Shown piece after piece: positions 39,201 through 47,781 of a stretch of 64,000 bases of DNA. Each line of letters starts with the position of its first letter. Within the stretch, counting starts at the first letter, position 1. Made by a program: the position numbers and the translations under genes. The notes beneath the pieces are model-generated. The model saw only the letters and a program-made list of their open reading frames with translations. It had not been told where the DNA came from and did not search any database. The stretch comes from a virus, in IMG/VR virus record IMGVR_UViG_3300037851_000359, positions 1 to 64,000 of that record; one strand, 5' to 3'.

Positions 39201-40006
39201 AAATTGCTAATATTACAGGAAATTTTCAAACTCAAATAAATAATTACACATTATTATCTACTACCGCATCATTAACCGCAAATCTTCAAACACAAATAAA
39301 TAATATTACAGCAAGTACAAATAATCACAATTCGCTACTTAATATACAAGGCGGAATAAGTAATCAATATTACCATTTATCACAAGATCAATACGATAAT
39401 TTTATTTCATCAACCACAGTTTCCTCGTTAACAGGAAATTTACAAACTCAAATAGACAATGTAACAGGAACCGGGGCAACAATATTAAACGAATTAACTG
39501 ATGTAACCATTTCCACACCAACTTCAGGACAAATATTATATTACAACGGGTCGCAATGGATAAATAATACTCCCGTTACAAACCCATATGGATCTATGTA
39601 TTTAGAACCAGAAACCGTTAAATCTATTACTGTTAATACGAGTGGGGCGGCATTAAATATATATACTAATGTATCATCAACATATGGAATTACTACATCA
39701 TTATCAGCAGGGAAAATTTATTTTCAACAACCCGGTAATTATTATGTATCAACAACCCAATCGTATTTTATGGGAACACCAGGACCAACCAGTGATAATA
39801 TTAATTTCAGGCTATATAAAAATAATCAAAAAACATATTTGTATAATATTCAAAACGCAATACAAGGAAAATGGATATCATCGTCAAATTTCGGAATTAT
39901 ATCAGTAAACGCCAATGATTATATAGAAACTAAAGTTACTTCCGGCACAACCACTCCATTTGATTTAATTTTTTATAGCGGAACATTAAACATTTTTAAA
40001 GTTTAA
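36227..40006 (+). CDS. Long fibre protein with Asp-box/beta-propeller domain and C1q/BclA-like tip
   Basis: YSxDGxxW repeats; shared fibre repeats; late promoter 36198..36205. Confidence 0.8.
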   Translation: MPRFSFDGKVIAETGIIVESLNNNENIILITDINGEIKNSNINVNDLLLTSQLNAITSNYYSKSDIESISGNLQSQIDSISGSSNNIIISQGYGISVVEDPTGTFTISVTGEFGDATLRSEVENITGQLQSQINTKANTSDLNNYTLLTTTAELTGQLQSQIDSFNIIAGSNITVYETPENTWTISAAISGGGTDHNTLANLQGGTTSQYYHLTQSQYSNYIEKTEVENVTANFENRIIDLENNPVPDIFRSEIENISSNLQSQINTKANTSDLNNYTLLTTTESLTGNIQSQIDDLYVDLYNFDTDLQTQLINISSNFTLLSTTELLTGNLQSQINNILDQSTIIIPGYGISAIEDPSNTYTISVSGQFVDNNLRTEIETITANFDTRITDLENNQTISTGVITVSGGTITGSLFVYDGVYNTGGSWTTSIMPSGEYYGVAYGYDKFVAVGFNSATQTPIISYSQDGKFWKSATVPQQLLDNESSLYDICYGNGKFVATCSNSATENEVIIYSDDGINWTVAVTPNSTFQTETAITYGNDRFVAAAYSGDIAIMYSYDGINWTHADSVTDFGWQDLSYYNGRFFAVGDQIFGYSDNGINWVIQNSFGYEFFYILTCGNGIILATSAFSSNYTFYYSTDFGNNWNSVIIPSSPTIYDLIFANGQFIGLDSLGNTYISKDCENWTILNNIEPNSYAGMYYANGMLIAVGENSCAINGWYNGTHSGSSTTISAGSGLTIHNDLTEIQGGTSNEYYHLTNSQYSDYIGKTEVFNITGNLQSQINNKANTTDLNNYTLLTTTSTLTGNLQSQINNLNLNTLSDVNITNVTGGQILYYNGSNWQNKDLNIPGGGWAYSSIVGLSGVQTTGLALYNPIKFTNIIGNHTLNTYKIKILANQTAMLKAGVRAEYTATTGWAKFQWYDVTNAQYVGVEMHAFPPTYNYQQFTESIVVARISTTVDTEYELRITGITGAISQINAAWATAESTDANFIGRTEIANITGNFQTQINNYTLLSTTASLTANLQTQINNITASTNNHNSLLNIQGGISNQYYHLSQDQYDNFISSTTVSSLTGNLQTQIDNVTGTGATILNELTDVTISTPTSGQILYYNGSQWINNTPVTNPYGSMYLEPETVKSITVNTSGAALNIYTNVSSTYGITTSLSAGKIYFQQPGNYYVSTTQSYFMGTPGPTSDNINFRLYKNNQKTYLYNIQNAIQGKWISSSNFGIISVNANDYIETKVTSGTTTPFDLIFYSGTLNIFKV

Positions 40007-40024
40007 TAGTCAGGAAAATATTTT

Positions 40025-40984
40025 ATGGTATATAATAAACAAGGGAAATTTTGGAATCATAAAAATGATACCCCAGCCTCAACTAATTATAAAGTATTAT
40101 CAGAGCATTATTTAGCAGAAAACGGAAAAATAACTATTAATAATGACCAAGGCGATCCAGTAACCAAAGTTTATAAACTATTAATAAATAATCAAATACA
40201 ATTTCATACATCTGTATTTCAATATGATTTAACCAATAATTGGATAAATCTTGTAAATATTTCTGGTGGATCATATTCAGATATTGATATAACAGCATTA
40301 CATACTCTTGAAGAAAACTTATACAATTTTAATTTAACCAATAAAATTACAAACTTATGGCCATTGGTCGGAAATAATTTACAAACAACAAAATATCCAT
40401 TAATAGGAAATGATATTTTAACATCAGTATCATTTTTAGATTCTGATTATTCACGAACAACCGGAATTGTTGGAAAAACTGGTGGTGGATATAAAACCAC
40501 ATATTATCCTCCAGGGGCAGGCTTTTTAGCTGTAGATATTTTACAAGCTCCAGTTTCAGGAACAGGTGGCTATTGGCCAATGGGCGTTAGTGGAGGGGGT
40601 GGATATTGGGGCCTTCAAGACTATACAACGCCAAGAATGTATTCCTATTATGATCCAGTTAATGCATATGTTTCTCCAGGGGTATCGTTACCATCATTAA
40701 TAGGCGTATGGTGTTTTGGAAGAAATTCTGATAAATATAATCCATTATATATAAACGGAACCTTTTATGCAGCAAGAACAACAGCATCAACATTAAATAC
40801 ATCAACAAAACCATTATATTTAATGGGTAGAAATTCATTAGCTGATGGAAGTATGAGAAATTCATTTTCTGATGGCGGAAGATGTGGATTGTTTGCTACT
40901 TTAGTAACGGATTTAACTGTCACAGACCATGCAAATCTTGTTACTGCTATTAATAATTTTAGAACAGTTTTAAATCGTTCTTAA
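40025..40984 (+). CDS. Putative receptor-binding/lectin-like structural protein
   Basis: LWPLVG...LYINGT...LYLMGRN jelly-roll-like pattern. Confidence 0.6.
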   Translation: MVYNKQGKFWNHKNDTPASTNYKVLSEHYLAENGKITINNDQGDPVTKVYKLLINNQIQFHTSVFQYDLTNNWINLVNISGGSYSDIDITALHTLEENLYNFNLTNKITNLWPLVGNNLQTTKYPLIGNDILTSVSFLDSDYSRTTGIVGKTGGGYKTTYYPPGAGFLAVDILQAPVSGTGGYWPMGVSGGGGYWGLQDYTTPRMYSYYDPVNAYVSPGVSLPSLIGVWCFGRNSDKYNPLYINGTFYAARTTASTLNTSTKPLYLMGRNSLADGSMRNSFSDGGRCGLFATLVTDLTVTDHANLVTAINNFRTVLNRS

Positions 40985-40994
40985 TAATTTTTTA

Positions 40995-41345
40995 TTATTT
41001 AAGATTCATGAAACCAATGATTGCGTATGGGATTTGATCATCATTTGTTTTAAGAATAAGTAATAATTTTTTATTATTTTTAATAATAACGAATGTTATA
41101 GTGAATTTTAGAGTAGTTTGAAGATCATCAACATTTAATTTAAAAGAATCTTGATTATCATTAACTAAGAGTGTTTGTAATTCTACCAAAGTTAATAATA
41201 TTTCAGTAAGTAATAGACCGTGCTGTTCAGTATATGATTCAGCAAAGACATAATTAATAATATCAGGAAAAGAAATCCAAGAATCAGGATTTTCAGTGAA
41301 TAATTGAATTATTTTATTTTTGATAAAATTTTCATTCATTACCAA
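40995..41345 (-). CDS. Hypothetical protein
   Basis: ORF in late operon. Confidence 0.55.
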   Translation of the reverse strand: MVMNENFIKNKIIQLFTENPDSWISFPDIINYVFAESYTEQHGLLLTEILLTLVELQTLLVNDNQDSFKLNVDDLQTTLKFTITFVIIKNNKKLLLILKTNDDQIPYAIIGFMNLK

Positions 41346-41356
41346 TATTATAGCGA

Positions 41357-42664
41357 TTATTTTTTAATTTTAGTCCAATTTTTATATAATTTGAATAATG
41401 AGGTAGATTCTTTAATAATATCTTTAGAGAATTGTTGTTCAAGGATATCATTAGCTTTATTCATTTGTAATAATTGTTCTATTTGTTGTTTTTGTTGTTG
41501 CAATTTTAATAATGCTGTATTAAATGGGAAAGATTTAACGGTATCATCATTTAAGAGCAAGAATTTTATTACTTTTCCTAATGGTCCTTGTAGGAAAGGG
41601 GCGATATTTGCTTTTAGAGAGTTTATATCAATATTATTAGAATTTTTAGCAGAAGCAATTTGTTTTAATTTTTTAACACAATCATTATAATTTTTAGTAG
41701 TTTCGAAAATAGGAGCAATCATAACATCGTCTCTGGTGTATGGGCTAACAGTATAAACTTGTTTAGTATGGTCTGTAGCGGCATTATATTGTTGAGAATG
41801 AGCATCAACTTGTTTATAATGTGGAATATCAGTAGGCGATTGTTGAGCAGTTAGACGAGGTTGATAGAAATTGATATTTTGTGATCTTTGTTCGGTATTT
41901 TCTGTATCAAGTGGATTTGGTCGAATTGGTGTATGCAATTTAGAATATTCTACATTAATATTAGCAACGCTTTGAATGAATAAGAAAATATTTAAGAATT
42001 TTTCATCTTTTTCATCAATAGTTGCTTTTTCAAGGTAATAAAAACATTCTTTTAATGATTTAAAAGCCCATTTATCTCGTATCATTAATATACCAGCTTT
42101 TTTATAATGTTGTATATTTACAAGAGTTGTATTAGCCAAGGTATCATATTCAGGTATAAATTTAGTATATAATTCTTTAATTTCTTCTTGAATATTAGTT
42201 TTTTCTTCTTGAACTTCTTTTACATATTGCATTTTAGATTTTTTTAATTTTTTATATGATTTGATAGAATTATCGACAATACGATTAATGACTTCATCTT
42301 TAATATTAAAAAAAGATGTATCAGATAATTCAGGAACAGGTTCATTAGCTGATGTTGCGAATAGGGATTGGTTTTCTTGAATTTTTTTAGATTTTTTAGA
42401 TTCGATTTTTTGTAATTTTATATAATACTCAGCATCTTCCCAAAGATGATCCATCGCTATTTCTTTTTGTAATTTTTTATTATTAGTATGTTCAGATTCT
42501 ACTTTAATACCTTTTTCCAATTGTCCTTGAATATATTTAATAGTTTTGTTATGTTTTTTAGCAACATCTTGGATAGTTTTATTATCTGCCAATCCACCTT
42601 TTAATAATTCTTTTTCAAGAATTAATTTATATGATTTTTTTAGAGAGAATTGGTTATCATTCAT
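41357..42664 (-). CDS. DUF5661-like head-associated protein
   Basis: LKGGLAD...QLEKGIKVESEHT...EIAMDHLWEDAEYYIKL. Confidence 0.75.
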   Translation of the reverse strand: MNDNQFSLKKSYKLILEKELLKGGLADNKTIQDVAKKHNKTIKYIQGQLEKGIKVESEHTNNKKLQKEIAMDHLWEDAEYYIKLQKIESKKSKKIQENQSLFATSANEPVPELSDTSFFNIKDEVINRIVDNSIKSYKKLKKSKMQYVKEVQEEKTNIQEEIKELYTKFIPEYDTLANTTLVNIQHYKKAGILMIRDKWAFKSLKECFYYLEKATIDEKDEKFLNIFLFIQSVANINVEYSKLHTPIRPNPLDTENTEQRSQNINFYQPRLTAQQSPTDIPHYKQVDAHSQQYNAATDHTKQVYTVSPYTRDDVMIAPIFETTKNYNDCVKKLKQIASAKNSNNIDINSLKANIAPFLQGPLGKVIKFLLLNDDTVKSFPFNTALLKLQQQKQQIEQLLQMNKANDILEQQFSKDIIKESTSLFKLYKNWTKIKK

Positions 42665-42668
42665 AAAT

Positions 42669-43151
42669 TCAGCCCATAATTATTGAAAATTTTTCGCAAT
42701 CATCTTTAGTGACCGTTGATTTTTTAGATGTTTTTTTATATTGTTCCCAGGCGGATTCGCATATTTTTTTCTTTTGTGATTTAGCTTCGGACATATCGAA
42801 ATTTTTTGCTTGTCCTGGGACTTTGCCATTAGTAGTTCTTGGGGTTTGTTCTTCAAGAACATCTTTTTCTTCTGGAGTTTCATCAATAATTTTTTTATTT
42901 TTAAGTGTATTAATTTCTTCTTTAATTTTAGACATATTTTGTTTAGCAGATTCCAATTCTGATTTTTTTTGGCCTAATTCAGAAAGATATTTTATTTCTT
43001 CTTCTAATTCTTTAATATTCGTTTCCATTAATGATTTTTTTTCTGTTAATTTTTTAATTTTTTGAGCCATAGTATCATCAATAGTTGGAGTATCTTGTTT
43101 ATTTTGTTGTGATTCGACCAATAATTTATAGGCTTGCTTTAATTGATTCAT
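42669..43151 (-). CDS. Coiled-coil putative head protein
   Basis: Start re-called at MNQLKQAYKLLVES; late promoter 43172..43179. Confidence 0.7.
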   Translation of the reverse strand: MNQLKQAYKLLVESQQNKQDTPTIDDTMAQKIKKLTEKKSLMETNIKELEEEIKYLSELGQKKSELESAKQNMSKIKEEINTLKNKKIIDETPEEKDVLEEQTPRTTNGKVPGQAKNFDMSEAKSQKKKICESAWEQYKKTSKKSTVTKDDCEKFSIIMG

Positions 43152-43190
43152 AAAAACTCCTGATTTAATTATATTTATATTAAATAAATA

Positions 43191-43219
43191 AAAAAAGGGC
43201 ATATAAAATGCCCTTTTTT
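43191..43219 (-). terminator. Intrinsic terminator
   Basis: AAAAAAGGGCAT/ATGCCCTTTTTT. Confidence 0.8.
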
Positions 43220-43240
43220 ATTATTATAATTATTCAATTA

Positions 43241-43984
43241 TCATTTTTTAGCATAGCGAGCAGTATAATAGGCTTTCCAATCTTTTTTACCTAATGTAGT
43301 AGGATGCCGTGATTCATCTAATTTTTGTTCTGCGGTATCATCTTCATCGCTTTCTTGTAATTCTTCATCTTCTTTGGGTTCGTCAACGTCGGCTGGGGGA
43401 ACATCACCAGCAGGAGCATCCGTAGGAGGAACATCACCGGCAGGAGGCATATCACCACCAACAGGGGCATCACCTACTGGAGGCATATCACCAGCAGGAA
43501 CATCACCGGCAGGAATTTCATCTTTTGGTTCAATAAGATTAGCAGCATCATGAATAGAAGCATATTTATCAGTTGGGTATACAACTACAGTAAATGAACC
43601 TTGTTGATCATCATTAACAACACCTTTAAATATACCATTTGCATCAGCTTTTAATTCGATATCAGTTGGAAGATTAGTTAAGGTTTTTTGAATAAATGAA
43701 TCAGTCTTCATTTGAGATTCTTGATCCATATCGGTGGTATCACCTTCAGGAGCATCAGTCGCAACGGGTTCAGGAGTAGCAGGATCAACCGGAGCATCAT
43801 CTGTAGGAGCAGGAACATCAGGGGTATCTACTGGATCCGTATCTTCAGGTTTTTCTTCCTCTTTGATAGGCATTTTCATGCTTTCAGTAAGCATTTTTTG
43901 ATACGCACCCTTTAATGATTCATTTAATTTAACATGTTTTTCATGTAATTCTTCACGCTTACTGGCATCGTAATATTTTTTCAT
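43241..43984 (-). CDS. Acidic Pro-rich putative scaffold/core protein with PAGD(V/M)P repeats
   Basis: Late promoter 44010..44017, AAGGAG RBS, many LxE sites. Confidence 0.7.
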   Translation of the reverse strand: MKKYYDASKREELHEKHVKLNESLKGAYQKMLTESMKMPIKEEEKPEDTDPVDTPDVPAPTDDAPVDPATPEPVATDAPEGDTTDMDQESQMKTDSFIQKTLTNLPTDIELKADANGIFKGVVNDDQQGSFTVVVYPTDKYASIHDAANLIEPKDEIPAGDVPAGDMPPVGDAPVGGDMPPAGDVPPTDAPAGDVPPADVDEPKEDEELQESDEDDTAEQKLDESRHPTTLGKKDWKAYYTARYAKK

Positions 43985-44036
43985 TTCTAAACTCCTTGGT
44001 TTATATTATTATTTATAATCCCAAATCATATTTTTA

Positions 44037-44561
44037 TTAAATTATTTGGATAAAAACCTTGTTACTTAAATCTTTTACAGATTGTTTATCATATCCAATT
44101 CCATTTTTCTCTAATAATGCGGTAATATCTGAAGCAATAGTTGTATCTGAATCTGTAAATTGAAACAGTAATCCAGGTTTATCAGAATTATTTTCATCCT
44201 TTACAAATGTTATTTTTAAATTTTCTTTTTCATTTCCAGTGTTATCAAAAATAACTGTAGCTTCTCCTGTAGGATCAATAGTAGAATCACCTAATAATTT
44301 AATCTTAGGAATTAATGATTCCCAATATGTATCATGATCAGGATTATTACTTGGAACATCTATTTTTTTATAAGAATCTGATACAGTTTCTTGAATTATT
44401 GAAAAATTCTCTTTAAATAAATCTTGAATAACCTTTTTGGTTCCAGTTTCTTTTGATTTAATTACTAAAGGATGTTCTGGAATTGGTTTTGGAATAATTT
44501 CTTCATTTTTTAATATTTTTATCAATATTTCATTTAAATATTTTTTATATTCTTCAGTCAT
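44037..44561 (-). CDS. Hypothetical protein
   Basis: 174-aa ORF. Confidence 0.65.
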   Translation of the reverse strand: MTEEYKKYLNEILIKILKNEEIIPKPIPEHPLVIKSKETGTKKVIQDLFKENFSIIQETVSDSYKKIDVPSNNPDHDTYWESLIPKIKLLGDSTIDPTGEATVIFDNTGNEKENLKITFVKDENNSDKPGLLFQFTDSDTTIASDITALLEKNGIGYDKQSVKDLSNKVFIQII

Positions 44562-44568
44562 AATTCCC

Positions 44569-44874
44569 TCATGCTACATATTTTAATCGTCTTTTCAATT
44601 TTTTAATTGTAAATATACAATTATCTGCTTTATATTTATACAATTCAAGCATATCATTTATTAATAAAGATTTTTTTATTTTTTCTAAGGTATTAAAATA
44701 TAATCGTAATTCAGCATTCGTATGACAATAATGAATAACATTATGACATGTTCTACAAACATATATAACGTCATTACCTTTTTTTGACCCATTTAAAGAT
44801 GGATGCAAATGATGATACGTCATATAATCTTTTTTATGGTTTCTATTACATAATGGACAAACAAAATAGTCCAT
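44569..44874 (-). CDS. Small HNH endonuclease
   Basis: CPLC...TYHHLHP...CRTCHNVIH. Confidence 0.85.
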   Translation of the reverse strand: MDYFVCPLCNRNHKKDYMTYHHLHPSLNGSKKGNDVIYVCRTCHNVIHYCHTNAELRLYFNTLEKIKKSLLINDMLELYKYKADNCIFTIKKLKRRLKYVA

Positions 44875-44927
44875 TATCCAATGACCGTATAATTATTGAG
44901 GATCATCAAGAATTATTTATAAATCAT

Positions 44928-45464
44928 TTAATCAAAATCATATATTTTTTCGTTATCTGGATTTCTTAAATACAAATAAGCATCGAAATCATTAAATTCT
45001 GTTTCAGCTTTTTCAATCATCCAAAATGCTGGTTCAATATACGGGAAAAAGGTATCAGCATTTTCAACTTCAACATTTTTCATAATATTAATATACATTT
45101 TATCAACAACATTTTTATGCAATGCATCATCATACAATTTCCCACCACCAATAATAAATACTTCTTCTACTCCATTTTCATGCAATTCAGTCAATGTTTC
45201 AATTAAATCATTTTGATATAATGGGCCGAATGGATTATCTGACATATGATCTATTAATGATTCATCTGATGTTAAAACTATATTAAAACGTTCTTTTAAT
45301 GGTTTTCCATTTAATGATTTCCAAGTATTTTTTCCCATTATTATAGGATGGCCAATCGTTAAGGATTTGAAATATTGTAAATCTTCTTTTGAATGCCAAG
45401 GAATTTTTCCATTTTTTCCTATGGCTTGATTTTTATCCATTGCCACTATTATTGATATATCCAT
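44928..45464 (-). CDS. folA: Dihydrofolate reductase
   Basis: IG..G.IPW..KEDLQYFK..T, IMGKNTW, PL..R.NIV, IIGGG, ADTFFP. Confidence 0.95.
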   Translation of the reverse strand: MDISIIVAMDKNQAIGKNGKIPWHSKEDLQYFKSLTIGHPIIMGKNTWKSLNGKPLKERFNIVLTSDESLIDHMSDNPFGPLYQNDLIETLTELHENGVEEVFIIGGGKLYDDALHKNVVDKMYINIMKNVEVENADTFFPYIEPAFWMIEKAETEFNDFDAYLYLRNPDNEKIYDFD

Positions 45465-45995
45465 TTATTTTTCCACAAAAATGGGAAATTTTTCGTCATG
45501 ACTATATCTATCAAATTTAAATCGTTTCTGTAACAATTCATATTCATTATGAGACATTGTTTCTACAGAAAGATGAATTTGAGGCATTTCAAATTCATCT
45601 TTTTTTCTAGATTCTAATGGTTTTTGATATATAAAATATAACCTAACATCATATTCGTCAAAATTATTTCCAAAAAATGTTTTCTTATCTTTTTCAATTT
45701 TTGTTAATACTGGTTCTTGATTAATAAAATATTTAGCATAATCATATTTAGTTAATTCAGATTCTAGAGTTATCATACCATCTTCCACACATTGAAACCA
45801 CCAATACGATGGCACATCATCAATTTCTCTTTTTTGTTCATCTGTTGAATTATTCCAAATATTTTCTAATTGTTCTTCTAAAATAGTTTCTTCCTTACTA
45901 AATTTTAATAAATTTGTTATTCTTAATTTAGAGATTTGTTTTTGAATCTCTAAATATTTTTTAGCATTTTCGGTTAATTGTTGGTCGAATTTCAT
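45465..45995 (-). CDS. Hypothetical protein
   Basis: Begins MKFDQQLTE. Confidence 0.65.
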   Translation of the reverse strand: MKFDQQLTENAKKYLEIQKQISKLRITNLLKFSKEETILEEQLENIWNNSTDEQKREIDDVPSYWWFQCVEDGMITLESELTKYDYAKYFINQEPVLTKIEKDKKTFFGNNFDEYDVRLYFIYQKPLESRKKDEFEMPQIHLSVETMSHNEYELLQKRFKFDRYSHDEKFPIFVEK

Positions 45996-45997
45996 AA

Positions 45998-46264
45998 TTA
46001 AAATCCTTCTGATTGAGCAATAACATCAGAATTATTCTCTAATTGTTCAAAAATTTCAACATATTCTTGGTCAACATCAGTACCACCATCATTGATGGTA
46101 ACAGTTGAATAATAAATTTCAACAGATGACATTTTTTTAAAATCCCCATACATTTTCAATATTGATTTACTCTTTTGGGGCAATTTTTCAAAGGTTTCAG
46201 TGTTCATTATAATTAAATATGATGATGATGAAGAATTAGTTATGAAATCAGTTTTAATTTTCAT
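45998..46264 (-). CDS. TNSSSSS-motif family protein (copy 3)
   Basis: MKIKTDFITNSSSSSYLI. Confidence 0.8.
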   Translation of the reverse strand: MKIKTDFITNSSSSSYLIIMNTETFEKLPQKSKSILKMYGDFKKMSSVEIYYSTVTINDGGTDVDQEYVEIFEQLENNSDVIAQSEGF

Positions 46265-46290
46265 GGTTGGTTCCTTTTATTTGGTGCATA

Positions 46291-46560
46291 TTAAAAATTA
46301 TCTGAGGAAGTTATAACGGTTTCATCCTTTTCCAACTGACGATAAATATTACAATACATAGAATCATCCTCATTCCACCCGCTATCAGATATAACTATGG
46401 TAGAACAATAAACATTCATATTACCCAATTTTTTAAATTGTCCATAACTTTTTAATAGTCGTTGATGATCTTTTGATAATGTATTAAATTTATCTTCAGT
46501 CATTACAATTAAATATGATGATGATGAAGAATTAGTTATGAAATCAGTTTTAATTTTCAT
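46291..46560 (-). CDS. TNSSSSS-motif family protein (copy 2)
   Basis: Start re-called at 46560; first 54 nt identical to copy 3. Confidence 0.8.
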   Translation of the reverse strand: MKIKTDFITNSSSSSYLIVMTEDKFNTLSKDHQRLLKSYGQFKKLGNMNVYCSTIVISDSGWNEDDSMYCNIYRQLEKDETVITSSDNF

Positions 46561-46583
46561 AGTTTTCGCCTTGTTTAAAATTA

Positions 46584-46630
46584 TTCTCAAATTTTTCTCA
46601 AATTTTTCTCAAATTTTTCTCAAATTTTTC
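46584..46630. repeat. 11-bp tandem repeat TTCTCAAATTT x4.3
   Basis: Read directly; overlaps the stop codon of the upstream gene. Confidence 0.9.
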
Positions 46631-46990
46631 AACCGCAGTAATAACATTTTTATATGTTACATATTTATTTTTAAGATATTCTGTCATAGTTTTCTCTGTC
46701 CATCCTAAATGGTGGGCCATGATATAAAATAAATCTTCTTTTTTAACTCGTTTAAATTGGCATATTGGACAATGTTTTTCTGCTACATACTCTTCATCTT
46801 CATCAGTATATTCAATATCTTCATCACCATTGCGTATCAAATAATCTGATAAAAACGTGTGGCCATTTTGGCATTGAACCAAATCAAAATCTGAAAGAGA
46901 AGCATCCCTTTCGCTAAATATTTCTCCTGAAACATCACAAATATAAGAGGATGATGAAGAATTGGTTATAAAATCAAGTTTGAACTTCAT
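46598..46990 (-). CDS. TNSSSSS-motif family protein (copy 1) with Cys/His metal ligands
   Basis: MKFKLDFITNSSSSSYICD...CQNGH...CPIC. Confidence 0.8.
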   Translation of the reverse strand: MKFKLDFITNSSSSSYICDVSGEIFSERDASLSDFDLVQCQNGHTFLSDYLIRNGDEDIEYTDEDEEYVAEKHCPICQFKRVKKEDLFYIMAHHLGWTEKTMTEYLKNKYVTYKNVITAVEKFEKNLRKI

Positions 46991-47205
46991 TTGGTTCCTT
47001 TCGTCAAGATGGTTAGCATTTCAATTACGACCTTTTTAAAGTCATCATCGGTTTCTACTTCTCTACCAAGCCAATAAATTTTTCCTGACATTTCGATTTT
47101 AATTATTGGGGTTTCTTGATTTCCAAAGTTAATTGTATAATTAGAATTATAATCCGTTAATAGATACTTTGTATCATTTGTATAAATTATTTCTGATTCA
47201 GTCAT
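46987..47205 (-). CDS. Hypothetical protein
   Basis: Start re-called at ATG 47205 (RBS AAGGA); the longer call overlaps a tRNA. Confidence 0.65.
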   Translation of the reverse strand: MTESEIIYTNDTKYLLTDYNSNYTINFGNQETPIIKIEMSGKIYWLGREVETDDDFKKVVIEMLTILTKGTK

Positions 47206-47223
47206 ATTATTTTCCTTTAAAAA

Positions 47224-47296
47224 TGCTGATAGTCTGCAACGATCAGACAACCTACCGTTTACAAAACGGTTGCTCTGCCAATTGAGCTATATCAGC
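47224..47296 (-). tRNA. tRNA-Thr(TGT) with an atypical T-loop
   Basis: GCTGATA/TATCAGC acceptor, AGCTCAATTGGCAGAGC D-arm, ACCGT-TTTGTAA-ACGGT, T-loop ATCGTTG; N16 promoter 47311..47338. Confidence 0.82.
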
Positions 47297-47346
47297 ATAT
47301 GTTGATAATTATTTTAACCCAAAAAATATTTTTGTCAACCAATAAT

Positions 47347-47778
47347 TCAATTATTTATAATTTTATTATAATAAGATTCGGGAATTTGTACAACAATTCG
47401 ATCAATATGAGATAATTCTATTGTTGTATAATGGCACCGATCCTGAACAAACACACTATAATTATCAAACTTATCTTTAGGAGGAACGGAAACATCAACT
47501 TCAAAATAAAAAACCTTAACCTCGCCTATATAACCACTTACGCAAAATGTAGCATTAATATAATAATTCGATGAATTTATATATTTAAATATAATATTTG
47601 AATCAATGATATTATTATATTTCTTATAATCTTGAATGATTTCAACCCAACCAGGATAATTATTTAACCAAATAGTTTCTTGATATAATCTTTCATAATT
47701 ATCACTATCCTCATTATTATCTATTTCGTTGGAACAACCAACTAATAATAGTAACAGGATTAAAAAATAATGTTTCAT
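47347..47778 (-). CDS. Lipoprotein
   Basis: MKHYFLILLLLLVG-C lipobox. Confidence 0.75.
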   Translation of the reverse strand: MKHYFLILLLLLVGCSNEIDNNEDSDNYERLYQETIWLNNYPGWVEIIQDYKKYNNIIDSNIIFKYINSSNYYINATFCVSGYIGEVKVFYFEVDVSVPPKDKFDNYSVFVQDRCHYTTIELSHIDRIVVQIPESYYNKIINN

Positions 47779-47781
47779 AAA

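Noticed and set aside
28627-40984. Diversity-generating retroelement acting on the fibre genes
   Set aside because: No reverse transcriptase in the window, and the repeat differences are mostly synonymous rather than adenine-specific.
41304-43915. Antisense ORFs such as 41304..41690, 42709..43065 and 43712..43915 (and similar ones elsewhere)
   Set aside because: Shadows of well-supported opposite-strand genes, lacking RBS or motifs.
47206-47250. N-terminal extension MSDRCRLSAF of ORF 46987..47250
   Set aside because: It overlaps tRNA-Thr; a better ATG with RBS lies at 47205.
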